Below, in pieces: positions 1-9,626 of a stretch of DNA of 64,000 nt (position 1 is the stretch's first letter; every line of letters starts with the position of its first letter). The notes beneath the pieces are model-generated. The model searched no databases, was not told the origin of the DNA, and saw nothing but the letters and a program-made list of their open reading frames with translations. The translations under genes were made by a program, and so were the position numbers. The stretch is from Alphaproteobacteria bacterium (GTDB lineage Bacteria > Pseudomonadota > Alphaproteobacteria > Rs-D84): the NCBI GenBank assembly GCA_015062525.1, contig SUUM01000004.1, positions 24,547 to 88,546 of the forward strand, written 5' to 3'.

Positions 1-29
1 TCTAAAAAATCCCCACAACACACCCCACT

Positions 30-1151
30 TCATTCCAGCGACCTCTTAAACCTGAACACACAAAACAGCAATATCACCAGCGCCTGAAATGCCAAAATGG
101 CATACAGCCACCAAATATCAAAAAACAAACTGCCCTTTAGGAATTGATCACGCGTTATATCCATATAGAACCGCGCTGGGAACAGCGAAGACACATACTG
201 ATATCCACGCGACATATACTCGATAGGGAACACAAACCCCGACAAAATAACCGTCGGCAGCAATCCAATTATTTCCGCATATTGAATTGCGACCTCTTGC
301 TTTTTAGTGGATACAGATATCAACAAACCTATCGCCAAATACCCCAAAATAAATAACCAGGTTCCCAATATCAATTGCCAATAACCGCCTATAAATGGCA
401 CACCAAAAACAACACGCGCAATAATAAACACCAATATAAATCCTGCGAAACTAAGAATCGCATATGGCGCAACCTTGCCCACAATAATATCTAATCGCGT
501 GGCGGGCGTTGACAATAACATTTCCATAGAACCACGTTCCCATTCCCGACAAATCGTCAATGTTGTTAACATAATCGCCACCAGCGCAATTATCACCGCA
601 CTTAATCCCGGCACCGCGAACCACCGAGAATTTAATTCAGGATTAAACAAATATCGCACCTTGAACTGCAAATTTTGCGCAGATGCATTCAGCGGCACAT
701 CCATAATTTTGAAATAGGCGTTCTGATTTATCGTATTCAGATAATTCGCCACCGATGACATAGTTGACGTTTCGGTTCCATCAACCAACACCTGAACCGA
801 TGCACCATCGCCCATTACGTCCTTTTCAAACCCAGGTGGCATAACCAGCCCCACCCGCGCACGCCCCGCCACAATATCATCATATATAGCATCAGGATTG
901 TCTATATCATAGGGTCGAAAATAATTTGAACTGCCAAACGTTTCGACCAGTTTTCGCGATGCGCTGGTTTTATCCGCGTCAACATATGCCATATTTATCG
1001 ATTTGATATTAAATTCAATTGAATTTCCCAAAATCAGTACTATTGCCAATGGCAACATTAACGCCATAATCAGGGTAAATGGATCACGCCAGATATGTTT
1101 GAACTCTTTGGAAAAAATCGCACGTGCGCGCCGCCATGAAAATATTTTCAT
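30..1151 (-). CDS. ABC-2 type transporter permease
   Basis: Six-frame ORF 30..1220; multi-helix hydrophobic protein; likely start at MKIFSW (1151) overlaps the upstream ATPase stop by 4 bp (ATGA), indicating operon coupling. Confidence 0.7.
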   Translation of the reverse strand: MKIFSWRRARAIFSKEFKHIWRDPFTLIMALMLPLAIVLILGNSIEFNIKSINMAYVDADKTSASRKLVETFGSSNYFRPYDIDNPDAIYDDIVAGRARVGLVMPPGFEKDVMGDGASVQVLVDGTETSTMSSVANYLNTINQNAYFKIMDVPLNASAQNLQFKVRYLFNPELNSRWFAVPGLSAVIIALVAIMLTTLTICREWERGSMEMLLSTPATRLDIIVGKVAPYAILSFAGFILVFIIARVVFGVPFIGGYWQLILGTWLFILGYLAIGLLISVSTKKQEVAIQYAEIIGLLPTVILSGFVFPIEYMSRGYQYVSSLFPARFYMDITRDQFLKGSLFFDIWWLYAILAFQALVILLFCVFRFKRSLE

Positions 1152-2059
1152 CGATTTTGTCCCTCGACCAATTTTATAAACACATCCTCCAGCGAAGGCG
1201 CAATCTGTGTTATTTCCCAATCGCGTTGCAAGCGTTTCAAATGAGGCGCCACATGCACCCCATCACGAAATCGCAAATGAAAATTTGCCCCATACGGTTG
1301 CCAAATATCAACCACATCTGGCAACGGCATGGATGGATTTTTCCGGCGCGCCCGCAGGCTATACAACGTATCGCCAAACGTTTTGCGTTTCAGGCTTTCC
1401 GGACTATCTATTGCAATCAATTCCCCCGCACGCATTAATGCGATGCGTGAACAATTTTCGGCCTCGTCCATATAGTGCGTACTAACAAAAATCGTTTTAC
1501 CAGATTGCGCCAATTCACGTATCAACTTCCAAAAGCGCATTCGTGCATGTGGCGCCACACCGGCGGTCGGCTCGTCCAGAAAAACAATAGACGGATCATG
1601 CAATAACGCAACACACAGCGCGACTTCTTGCTTAACACCACCGGGCAAATCATTAACAACCGTTTTCAAATTGCGATTCCATCCGATAAAATCCAGCAAA
1701 ACTTCCCGCCGCGTCAAATATATTTCACGCGACACCCCGCGCAACGCCGCCGCAAAATCCAGGTTCTCTACAACAGACAAATCATTATACAGCGTAAATC
1801 GTTGCGACATGTACCCAACCCGTTTCTTAATGTCATTAGTATATGCAGGCTTAAAATCTATACCATCAATTATCACGCGCCCACTTGTCGCCGGCAACAG
1901 CCCACACAGCACACGTATGGTGGTGGTTTTTCCGGCACCATTAGCCCCCAAAAATCCAAAAACCTCGCCACGTTGCACCTCAAAAGATATATCACGCACC
2001 GCATAAAAATCACCAAATCGCACAGACATATCCTGCACACTCACAATCGGAATTTTCAT
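1148..2059 (-). CDS. ABC transporter ATP-binding protein
   Basis: Walker A GANGAGKTT, ABC signature and Walker B (LDEPT) present in the ORF. Confidence 0.85.
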   Translation of the reverse strand: MKIPIVSVQDMSVRFGDFYAVRDISFEVQRGEVFGFLGANGAGKTTTIRVLCGLLPATSGRVIIDGIDFKPAYTNDIKKRVGYMSQRFTLYNDLSVVENLDFAAALRGVSREIYLTRREVLLDFIGWNRNLKTVVNDLPGGVKQEVALCVALLHDPSIVFLDEPTAGVAPHARMRFWKLIRELAQSGKTIFVSTHYMDEAENCSRIALMRAGELIAIDSPESLKRKTFGDTLYSLRARRKNPSMPLPDVVDIWQPYGANFHLRFRDGVHVAPHLKRLQRDWEITQIAPSLEDVFIKLVEGQNR

Positions 2060-2787
2060 TGTGCAAATCCCCCACGTTGAATAAACAATTCATCAAAATT
2101 CCGACTGTTATATTTTCGCAATAACACGTCTGGCTCACCAGCCGCCAACACACGTCCACGTTCCATTAAAACAACACCACCACATCTTTCGGCTTCGTCC
2201 ATATATGCTGTTGACATTACCACCAAAATCCCACGTGCAACCGCATCGTGCAACAAATCCCAAAACTCACGCCGACTAATTGGATCAACGCCATTTGTTG
2301 GTTCGTCCAATAACATAATCTGGGGCGATCGCAACAACGCACAAATCAACCCCAATTTTTTATACATTCCACCCGATAATTGTCCCGCAGGCCTGTCCAT
2401 AAATTTATCAAGGCGCGCCAAATGCACCAACTCTTTCTTTTTCTGTTCAAAATCCGCATCATCTATGCCATACAGTTTTCGAAAAAAATCCAAATGTTCC
2501 GCCACCGATAAATCCGCATACAAACTCTGGCTTTGTGGCATATATGCAATATGTTCTGCCATATTTTGAAATGAAACCCCACGTCCATTTTCTCGATACA
2601 ACACCACACCCGAATTTGCCCGCATTAAATCCAACATAATCCGAAACAGCGTAGTCTTGCCCGCCCCAGCGGGTCCAATAATGCCATATAAATTTCCTGT
2701 ATCAAAACGCATAGACACATCATCCAAAGCAACCACATCTTTGAATCGTTTTGAAACCCCATCAACATGAATGTTTATATTAGTCAT
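2056..2787 (-). CDS. ABC transporter ATP-binding protein (second ATPase)
   Basis: Walker A GPAGAGKTT, LSGGMYKKL signature, LLDEPT Walker B; 4-bp overlap with the downstream gene. Confidence 0.85.
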   Translation of the reverse strand: MTNINIHVDGVSKRFKDVVALDDVSMRFDTGNLYGIIGPAGAGKTTLFRIMLDLMRANSGVVLYRENGRGVSFQNMAEHIAYMPQSQSLYADLSVAEHLDFFRKLYGIDDADFEQKKKELVHLARLDKFMDRPAGQLSGGMYKKLGLICALLRSPQIMLLDEPTNGVDPISRREFWDLLHDAVARGILVVMSTAYMDEAERCGGVVLMERGRVLAAGEPDVLLRKYNSRNFDELFIQRGGFAQ

Positions 2788-3535
2788 CTGTTATCAACGT
2801 ACTTTCGATTGTCATCCCAGATTTCAATATTAAATCCGGGTTTTCAAATTGCACCTTGACGCCATAGACCAAGCGCGTACGTTCATCACGTGTCTGAACA
2901 TTTTTTGGGGTAAATTCTGCGACCTCGCTTATTTTTATAATGCGCCCACGAAATTGCATATTATCTGCCTCGGGCAAAACACCAATTACATTTTGTCCCA
3001 CGCGCAATTTGTGCAACATACCATACGGCACATAAAAATACGCCCATATATCATACGGATTTGAAACAGATATCAACGGGGTCCCGGGTGCGACCACCTC
3101 GCCTACCTCGCGAAAACGTGTAATTACCATGCCATTAATTGGCGACAGTACACGACACCACTGTAATTTCAAATCATTATCCCGCTTGGTACGCACCAAT
3201 GCATCATATTCAGAATCCGCCAAGTGTCCACGCGATTGTAATTGCGATGCGCGTTCAAAATCTCGGTCAATTTGGGTCGCCAAAATTTTATACACATCAC
3301 ACGATAATTCCACCAACGGTTGGCCAACCGATACATTATCACCCTCTATCACATAAACATCGGAAATATCAGAAGCCACACGCGATGATATTACAACCTT
3401 GGTTGTTTCAAGTGTACCCGCATAATAAAACGGCCGATGTGCCACCCAGTATTTGATAGCAACCACCGCCACCACAATCACAATTGCCGCAATTGTCAAA
3501 CCGGCAAAAATTTTAATCCTATTTTTATTTTTCAT
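2780..3535 (-). CDS. HlyD-family periplasmic adaptor (membrane fusion protein)
   Basis: N-terminal TM anchor then HlyD-like biotinyl-lipoyl/beta-barrel pattern; sits in an operon with the ABC ATPases and permease. Confidence 0.65.
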   Translation of the reverse strand: MKNKNRIKIFAGLTIAAIVIVVAVVAIKYWVAHRPFYYAGTLETTKVVISSRVASDISDVYVIEGDNVSVGQPLVELSCDVYKILATQIDRDFERASQLQSRGHLADSEYDALVRTKRDNDLKLQWCRVLSPINGMVITRFREVGEVVAPGTPLISVSNPYDIWAYFYVPYGMLHKLRVGQNVIGVLPEADNMQFRGRIIKISEVAEFTPKNVQTRDERTRLVYGVKVQFENPDLILKSGMTIESTLITDD

Positions 3536-3589
3536 ACCCCAATTATGCCAGAAATCTGACCTAATTTCGTTGGGTATGAATTCATAAAT

Positions 3590-3994
3590 TTATTTATCAA
3601 TAATCTGATTAACCTGGGCAATCAGCCGAACAAACATATCAAATTTTTTTGTTCCTAATTTTGATTTAATCAGATTCATTTTTTCATTATTTGTCTGTGA
3701 AATTTTATTAAATAAATCTTTACCGCGTTTGCTGGGCATAACATAGACACTGCGCCCATCTTCGGGCGACGGCACACGCACAACCAGGCCATGTTCTATC
3801 AATACCGCCAAATGCGCACTAATCATCGCCTTGGACACATGCAACGTTTCCGCCAATATCGCTGGAACATGTGGTCCCGGTGTTGTGCACATAATACTCA
3901 ACACGGCAAATTGACTGGCACGAATCGGCATATCATCCCCCGCATTACGCATAACCGCCCGACAAAACCGCATTATTTCCGCATTCATTTTCAC
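3590..3994 (-). CDS. MarR family transcriptional regulator
   Basis: ~130 aa winged-helix protein with a MarR-like pattern, directly upstream of the efflux operon. Confidence 0.65.
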   Translation of the reverse strand: MKMNAEIMRFCRAVMRNAGDDMPIRASQFAVLSIMCTTPGPHVPAILAETLHVSKAMISAHLAVLIEHGLVVRVPSPEDGRSVYVMPSKRGKDLFNKISQTNNEKMNLIKSKLGTKKFDMFVRLIAQVNQIIDK

Positions 3995-4232
3995 ACAATT
4001 TAATTAACCAACGTTAACCATTATAATTCACCCAGATTAACTAAATCAAGAAAATAAAAACACCCAGAAAAACCGTCGCGATTGCGACGGAATAACTATT
4101 ATTTTGTTTTAAATGGCGCCACAAATTTGCGACGTTCTTGTCCGGAATTTTATCCAACTTCACAGCTAATCCTTTTTAAGCCTAAGGACCGGCACATCAA
4201 AACAACAAACAATATCAACGAAAGAATCCAAG

Positions 4233-4262
4233 AAAAAATCCCGACATCGTCGGGATTAAAAT
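4233..4262 (-). terminator. rho-independent terminator (AATCCCGACGATGTCGGGATTTTTT on minus strand)
   Basis: Perfect GC-rich hairpin followed by a T-tract immediately after the small ORF. Confidence 0.6.
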
Positions 4263-4424
4263 TTACATTTCGTTGCCACCATTGTCCCCCAGGAACACAT
4301 TTCGCATACGAAATTCCTTCATAATATCAACCTTGGCGCCCGCATTCTTAAAACCACGCACTTTCGCGCCCCCCTGTTCCAGAGATTGCATCGCAATATT
4401 AAAATTTTTTACCATATCAGTCAT
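4263..4424 (-). CDS. small hypothetical protein (53 aa, MTDMVKNFNIAMQSLEQGGAKVRGFKNAGAKVDIMKEFRMRNVFLGDNGGNEM)
   Basis: Absent from the ORF track because it is under 60 aa; GAGG RBS 8 nt upstream of ATG and followed by an intrinsic terminator. Confidence 0.4.
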   Translation of the reverse strand: MTDMVKNFNIAMQSLEQGGAKVRGFKNAGAKVDIMKEFRMRNVFLGDNGGNEM

Positions 4425-4511
4425 TTCAAATGCCTCTTGTCAAAACATCTCTCTGACGCAATCAATATATACCACAAAAAACTTTTTGTCAAGTATTGTT
4501 GCGAGATAATT

Positions 4512-6092
4512 TTACTCTTCACAATCAAATTCAGCACAGCTCCCCATCGAATATTCCTCTATCGCAAACTCCATCGGCACTGGCTTAGGCTCTTCTGTAT
4601 AGTGAACTTCTTTGACGACACGCACACGACGATTTGCCGCATTCGGAGTATTGTCTGGTGTTGGCACCGCCAAATCTTCCTCGCCGGCGGAAACAGCAAC
4701 AATTTGGCTGGCCGGAATTCCGTACTTAATCAACATCTTCTGCACGGCTTCGGCACGACGTCCCCCCAACGCATAGTTATAATTGGATGTACCCGCCGTA
4801 TCGGTATGCCCAACCACAGAAACCCTGATATTTTTATTTTCCTGGGTCACATCAACCAACTGTTTAATCAATTCCTGATATTCTGGTTTAATAGTCGCCT
4901 TGTTAAAATCAAACCGTATTTCGAACACTTCCTCCATAACATGCTGGGTTGGTTCAAGTGGAATCTGCTGAACCTTAATCATTGTTTTTTCGCCCTGATT
5001 CACTTGAATCTGGTCCAGACGCGCATTAATCGCAGCCAATTCCGCACGCATCGCCATCATCATATTGATAAATTCTTCACGCGACACCAGTTCATCCCCA
5101 ATCATTGGTGGTTCTTTTTCTTTTACCACAACCGCCACAGATGGCGCATTTTGACAATTCGCATCACCCTGTGCACATGTATGATTATGCGATTGCGACT
5201 GGCATTCCATATCCCCCGCTGGGCAATCAACCGCCATCAGACGATTAGCACTGTTGTGCATACTGTTGTCATTTGCACTGTTTGAAATTGTTTTATCCCC
5301 ACCATAGATATTCTGATTAAACACCATTGGCTGAACTGGCACAGGATTAATCAGATGTTCTGGCACATTAACGTTATTCACAACAATCACACCTTCGCGT
5401 GCCGCGCCACCACCACGCATAGTGTTCATACCACGCGTTTCCGGATAATAAGCCCCAGCGGTACGTTGCGTTGTTTCAACAACAGTTTCCCGCCCTACAA
5501 CACTCGCGGTTGATTTATTCACAACTTTACCACCATTACAATCACGCAACGCCACCAGGGCTTTATTAAACCTGTCGCGACATTGATTTGCAGTTGCAAC
5601 CTGACCACTTGCCGCCGCAGACAACCAGCAATCAAACTTAGCCTGCGCCTCAGCCGCCAGTTCCGGATTAGTGTACGACGCATCATTTTTCAATTGATCC
5701 ATCAAATCATTATACGCAGCATACAACTCAAACGATTCCTGTTCATTTTCCACCGGCCAATTTTCAAGAGATTCTGGGAATGGCACCTCGCCACTAAATG
5801 CAGCAACGGCCTTGTTAGCAAACAACTCGCCCATATCGGTATAACCACTGGTCCGCGCATTATAAATCGCATAAGAACGATAATTCATTGCCAATTGATT
5901 CAAGAAAGAATCCTGATGCGGTGCGGAATAAACATCCAAAAACTCAACATAATCAACAGTCGGCGTCGCACCAACATCCGTATATTCCATCACATCGCCA
6001 CCCGAACGTGCACACGCACCAACCGCCACAATGCCCACCAGCGCCAGCATACGTGATATAACCCATGTAGCAACATTTGATTTATATTTCAT
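4512..6092 (-). CDS. OmpA-family (peptidoglycan-binding) lipoprotein
   Basis: Signal peptide with lipobox-like VGAC; C-terminal OmpA/MotB domain (VGHTDTAGTSNYNYALGGRRAEAV...RRVRV). Confidence 0.75.
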   Translation of the reverse strand: MKYKSNVATWVISRMLALVGIVAVGACARSGGDVMEYTDVGATPTVDYVEFLDVYSAPHQDSFLNQLAMNYRSYAIYNARTSGYTDMGELFANKAVAAFSGEVPFPESLENWPVENEQESFELYAAYNDLMDQLKNDASYTNPELAAEAQAKFDCWLSAAASGQVATANQCRDRFNKALVALRDCNGGKVVNKSTASVVGRETVVETTQRTAGAYYPETRGMNTMRGGGAAREGVIVVNNVNVPEHLINPVPVQPMVFNQNIYGGDKTISNSANDNSMHNSANRLMAVDCPAGDMECQSQSHNHTCAQGDANCQNAPSVAVVVKEKEPPMIGDELVSREEFINMMMAMRAELAAINARLDQIQVNQGEKTMIKVQQIPLEPTQHVMEEVFEIRFDFNKATIKPEYQELIKQLVDVTQENKNIRVSVVGHTDTAGTSNYNYALGGRRAEAVQKMLIKYGIPASQIVAVSAGEEDLAVPTPDNTPNAANRRVRVVKEVHYTEEPKPVPMEFAIEEYSMGSCAEFDCEE

Positions 6093-6198
6093 TGTTTATT
6101 CCTCTCTTTCTTCAATTGATATTATTATAGTATTTTTAGATCATTTAGTAAAGAATAAAAAACACTCAAAAACAAAAATTGCCAACGACGTTTTACTT

Positions 6199-6669
6199 TT
6201 ATCTTCCTTTCAGGATTCTCGCTTTACTTTTATCCCATTCACGCTGTTTGATTGTTTCGCGTTTGTCCACCTTGTTTTTACCATAGCCAACACCCAACAA
6301 AACCTTTAGCCGCCCACGATTATTAAAATATAATTTCAGAGGTACAATAGTCGCACCTTTTTCCTGTAATTTTCCAATCAAGCGATTAATCTGATTACGA
6401 TGCAATAATAATTGACGACTGCGCCGTTCATCAAAGTTCACGATACGCGCAGCGGTCGGCAACTTTTGAACTTCTACCCCCGCCAGCCACAAATTATCAC
6501 CACGACGTTGCACAAAACCATCAACAATAGTCACCAAACCATATCGGATTGATTTTATTTCCGCCCCCGTCAGGGAAATTCCTGCTTCTATTGTATCTTC
6601 AATAGAATAATTGAACCGCGCCTTGCGGTTTTCTGAAACCTGTCCTGATTTAATAATTTGTCGTACCAT
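6199..6669 (-). CDS. smpB: SsrA-binding protein SmpB
   Basis: 156 aa with the conserved SmpB sequence pattern (KSGQVSENRKARFNYSIEDTIEAGISLTGAEIKS). Confidence 0.9.
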   Translation of the reverse strand: MVRQIIKSGQVSENRKARFNYSIEDTIEAGISLTGAEIKSIRYGLVTIVDGFVQRRGDNLWLAGVEVQKLPTAARIVNFDERRSRQLLLHRNQINRLIGKLQEKGATIVPLKLYFNNRGRLKVLLGVGYGKNKVDKRETIKQREWDKSKARILKGR

Positions 6670-6711
6670 AATGCAACGATTTTATATCACCCCCACAAAA
6701 AAATCAAATAC

Positions 6712-6905
6712 TTCGCTAAATAAAAGTTTAGTGGTTAGTGTAAGTGCTAGTGGTTAGTGGATGTGTGCGGCGAATGCCGCACATTATAGTGCCATCACTT
6801 ACCACTCACACTAACCACTTATCACTAAGATAAACTTTTATTTATCTAAGTGATGATATGTTAATTGCGCTTTGCTCTTTGCGCTTTGCTCTTTGCTCAT
6901 TGAAA
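6712..6905. repeat. palindromic repeat element (ttagtggttagtg family) plus gcgctttgctctttgc direct repeats
   Basis: ~130-bp imperfect palindrome centred on hairpin TGTGCGGCGAATGCCGCACA; copies recur at 13312, 35866, 38185 and 38440. Confidence 0.8.
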
Positions 6906-6930
6906 AAATCCCCCACCAGGGGGATTTTTA

Positions 6931-7983
6931 TCAGAACCTGTACACCCCAGAAACATTGATATTATGCAGTTGAATCACATCATTATATTTATACCGGTAA
7001 CCAATACCAAACTGTACCCCACGTGCCGACAGCAATTCTACACCACCACTAATATTAGCCCACAATGGATCAATATCAATATCATACCGTATAAACTCAT
7101 CCGCTACAGCAAATTTATATTCTGCATGATTTGGCGCACCGAACACATCATATTCCACCCCAATTGATGCATATGGTCGAACTTGGAACCTTGCCGATGG
7201 ATAAATACGTTTCTGTGCAATCAATGAATACCCCGGCGTTAAAACAAAATACCCATCTGATTGCATACGCAGATACTCATGGCCCGCCACCTTTTCTTTG
7301 ACATTAGACCCGAAATTATAGCCAACACGTACATACAAATTACCCACAACATATTGATTCAGAACATCATGCATCAGTCCCCATTCACTCATCAAACTGA
7401 ACGCAGTACCATCACCATCAATTCTGTCAACCAAGTTCTGGGTACGGTCAACGTCAAAGACATGCAAATCCAAGAACGCATTACCATATAAACGTGTCTT
7501 TTCACCCAGTATTTTCATCAAATAACCGCCCAGGCCAATATCAGTATCTGCGACATCAATACTGACATTTCCCACCTGGGTTGTACCAGCATAACTTAAA
7601 TCCACGGAATCACCCGCTTTGGACGTTGTGTGCGACACACGCCCCGACACCCCCAATTGCAAGGTATTTGATTCCTGCCAGTCAAAACCGCCCGCCACAC
7701 TGACACGATGACCGTCTGTATGTTTGCCATCATTAATATTTTGATAGAAAATACCATAATCGACATCCAACCATGCTTTATTCAAATTGCGATGACGATT
7801 CCAGATAAATTCATCAAACATACGGTCTTCGAATGAACGAAAGGACATATGTTCATTTAGCGCGACCGCCCCCGCAATCTGTTCAACAGATACCAGATTT
7901 TGAGCTGTTTCTGGTTCTACTACATCCGCCCCTGCCCCCATTGGCAGCAAGCAACAAACCAAAGATAACAACTTTTTCATCAT
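6931..7983 (-). CDS. outer-membrane beta-barrel protein (family unassigned)
   Basis: Signal peptide MMKKLLSLVCCLLPMGAGA, alternating beta-strand pattern, C-terminal YRF typical of OMPs. Confidence 0.55.
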   Translation of the reverse strand: MMKKLLSLVCCLLPMGAGADVVEPETAQNLVSVEQIAGAVALNEHMSFRSFEDRMFDEFIWNRHRNLNKAWLDVDYGIFYQNINDGKHTDGHRVSVAGGFDWQESNTLQLGVSGRVSHTTSKAGDSVDLSYAGTTQVGNVSIDVADTDIGLGGYLMKILGEKTRLYGNAFLDLHVFDVDRTQNLVDRIDGDGTAFSLMSEWGLMHDVLNQYVVGNLYVRVGYNFGSNVKEKVAGHEYLRMQSDGYFVLTPGYSLIAQKRIYPSARFQVRPYASIGVEYDVFGAPNHAEYKFAVADEFIRYDIDIDPLWANISGGVELLSARGVQFGIGYRYKYNDVIQLHNINVSGVYRF

Positions 7984-8080
7984 TTTTTTATTTCCTTCCT
8001 ATAACAATTGTGATTATATTATGGCACATTTCATTTTCCTATGGCAATATGAAATTGTATATACATCTAAAGGAAACTAA

Positions 8081-9355
<1,275 letters not shown>

Positions 9356-9371
9356 TCACCGCAGAAAGAAT

Positions 9372-9400
9372 AAAAACGGGGGGGCGCACGCCCCCTTTTA
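9372..9400 (+). terminator. intrinsic terminator after eno
   Basis: AAAAACGGGGGGGCGCACGCCCCCTTTTAT hairpin with T-tract. Confidence 0.7.
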
Positions 9401-9410
9401 TAACACACAA

Positions 9411-9617
9411 ATGTTAAACAATATTGACTTTTTACTGATAATAAAATACGCACTGGGTGTAATGTTAACCATTGGGGTCATTTTTGCACCCGCCTGGATT
9501 GCGCGCCAAAATGGACGTGGCAAACCAGACATGCATGCCGTCAGATTGGCCAGTTGGATTTTCGGCTGGTCAATTATCGGTTGGCTGTGGTCTTTATTCT
9601 GGGCAACCCGCAAATAG
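9411..9617 (+). CDS. small membrane protein, superinfection-immunity-like (Imm family)
   Basis: 68 aa with two TM helices and a WIFGWSIIGWLWSLFWA motif resembling PF14373-type proteins. Confidence 0.4.
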   Translation: MLNNIDFLLIIKYALGVMLTIGVIFAPAWIARQNGRGKPDMHAVRLASWIFGWSIIGWLWSLFWATRK

Positions 9618-9626
9618 GTGTCACAA

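Noticed and set aside
4386-5285. 299-aa plus-strand ORF
   Set aside because: It is antisense to the well-supported OmpA-family gene and is low-complexity and His/Arg-rich, so it is a shadow ORF.
6031-6309. Short ORFs in the smpB/OmpA intergenic region
   Set aside because: AT-rich promoter region without RBS support.
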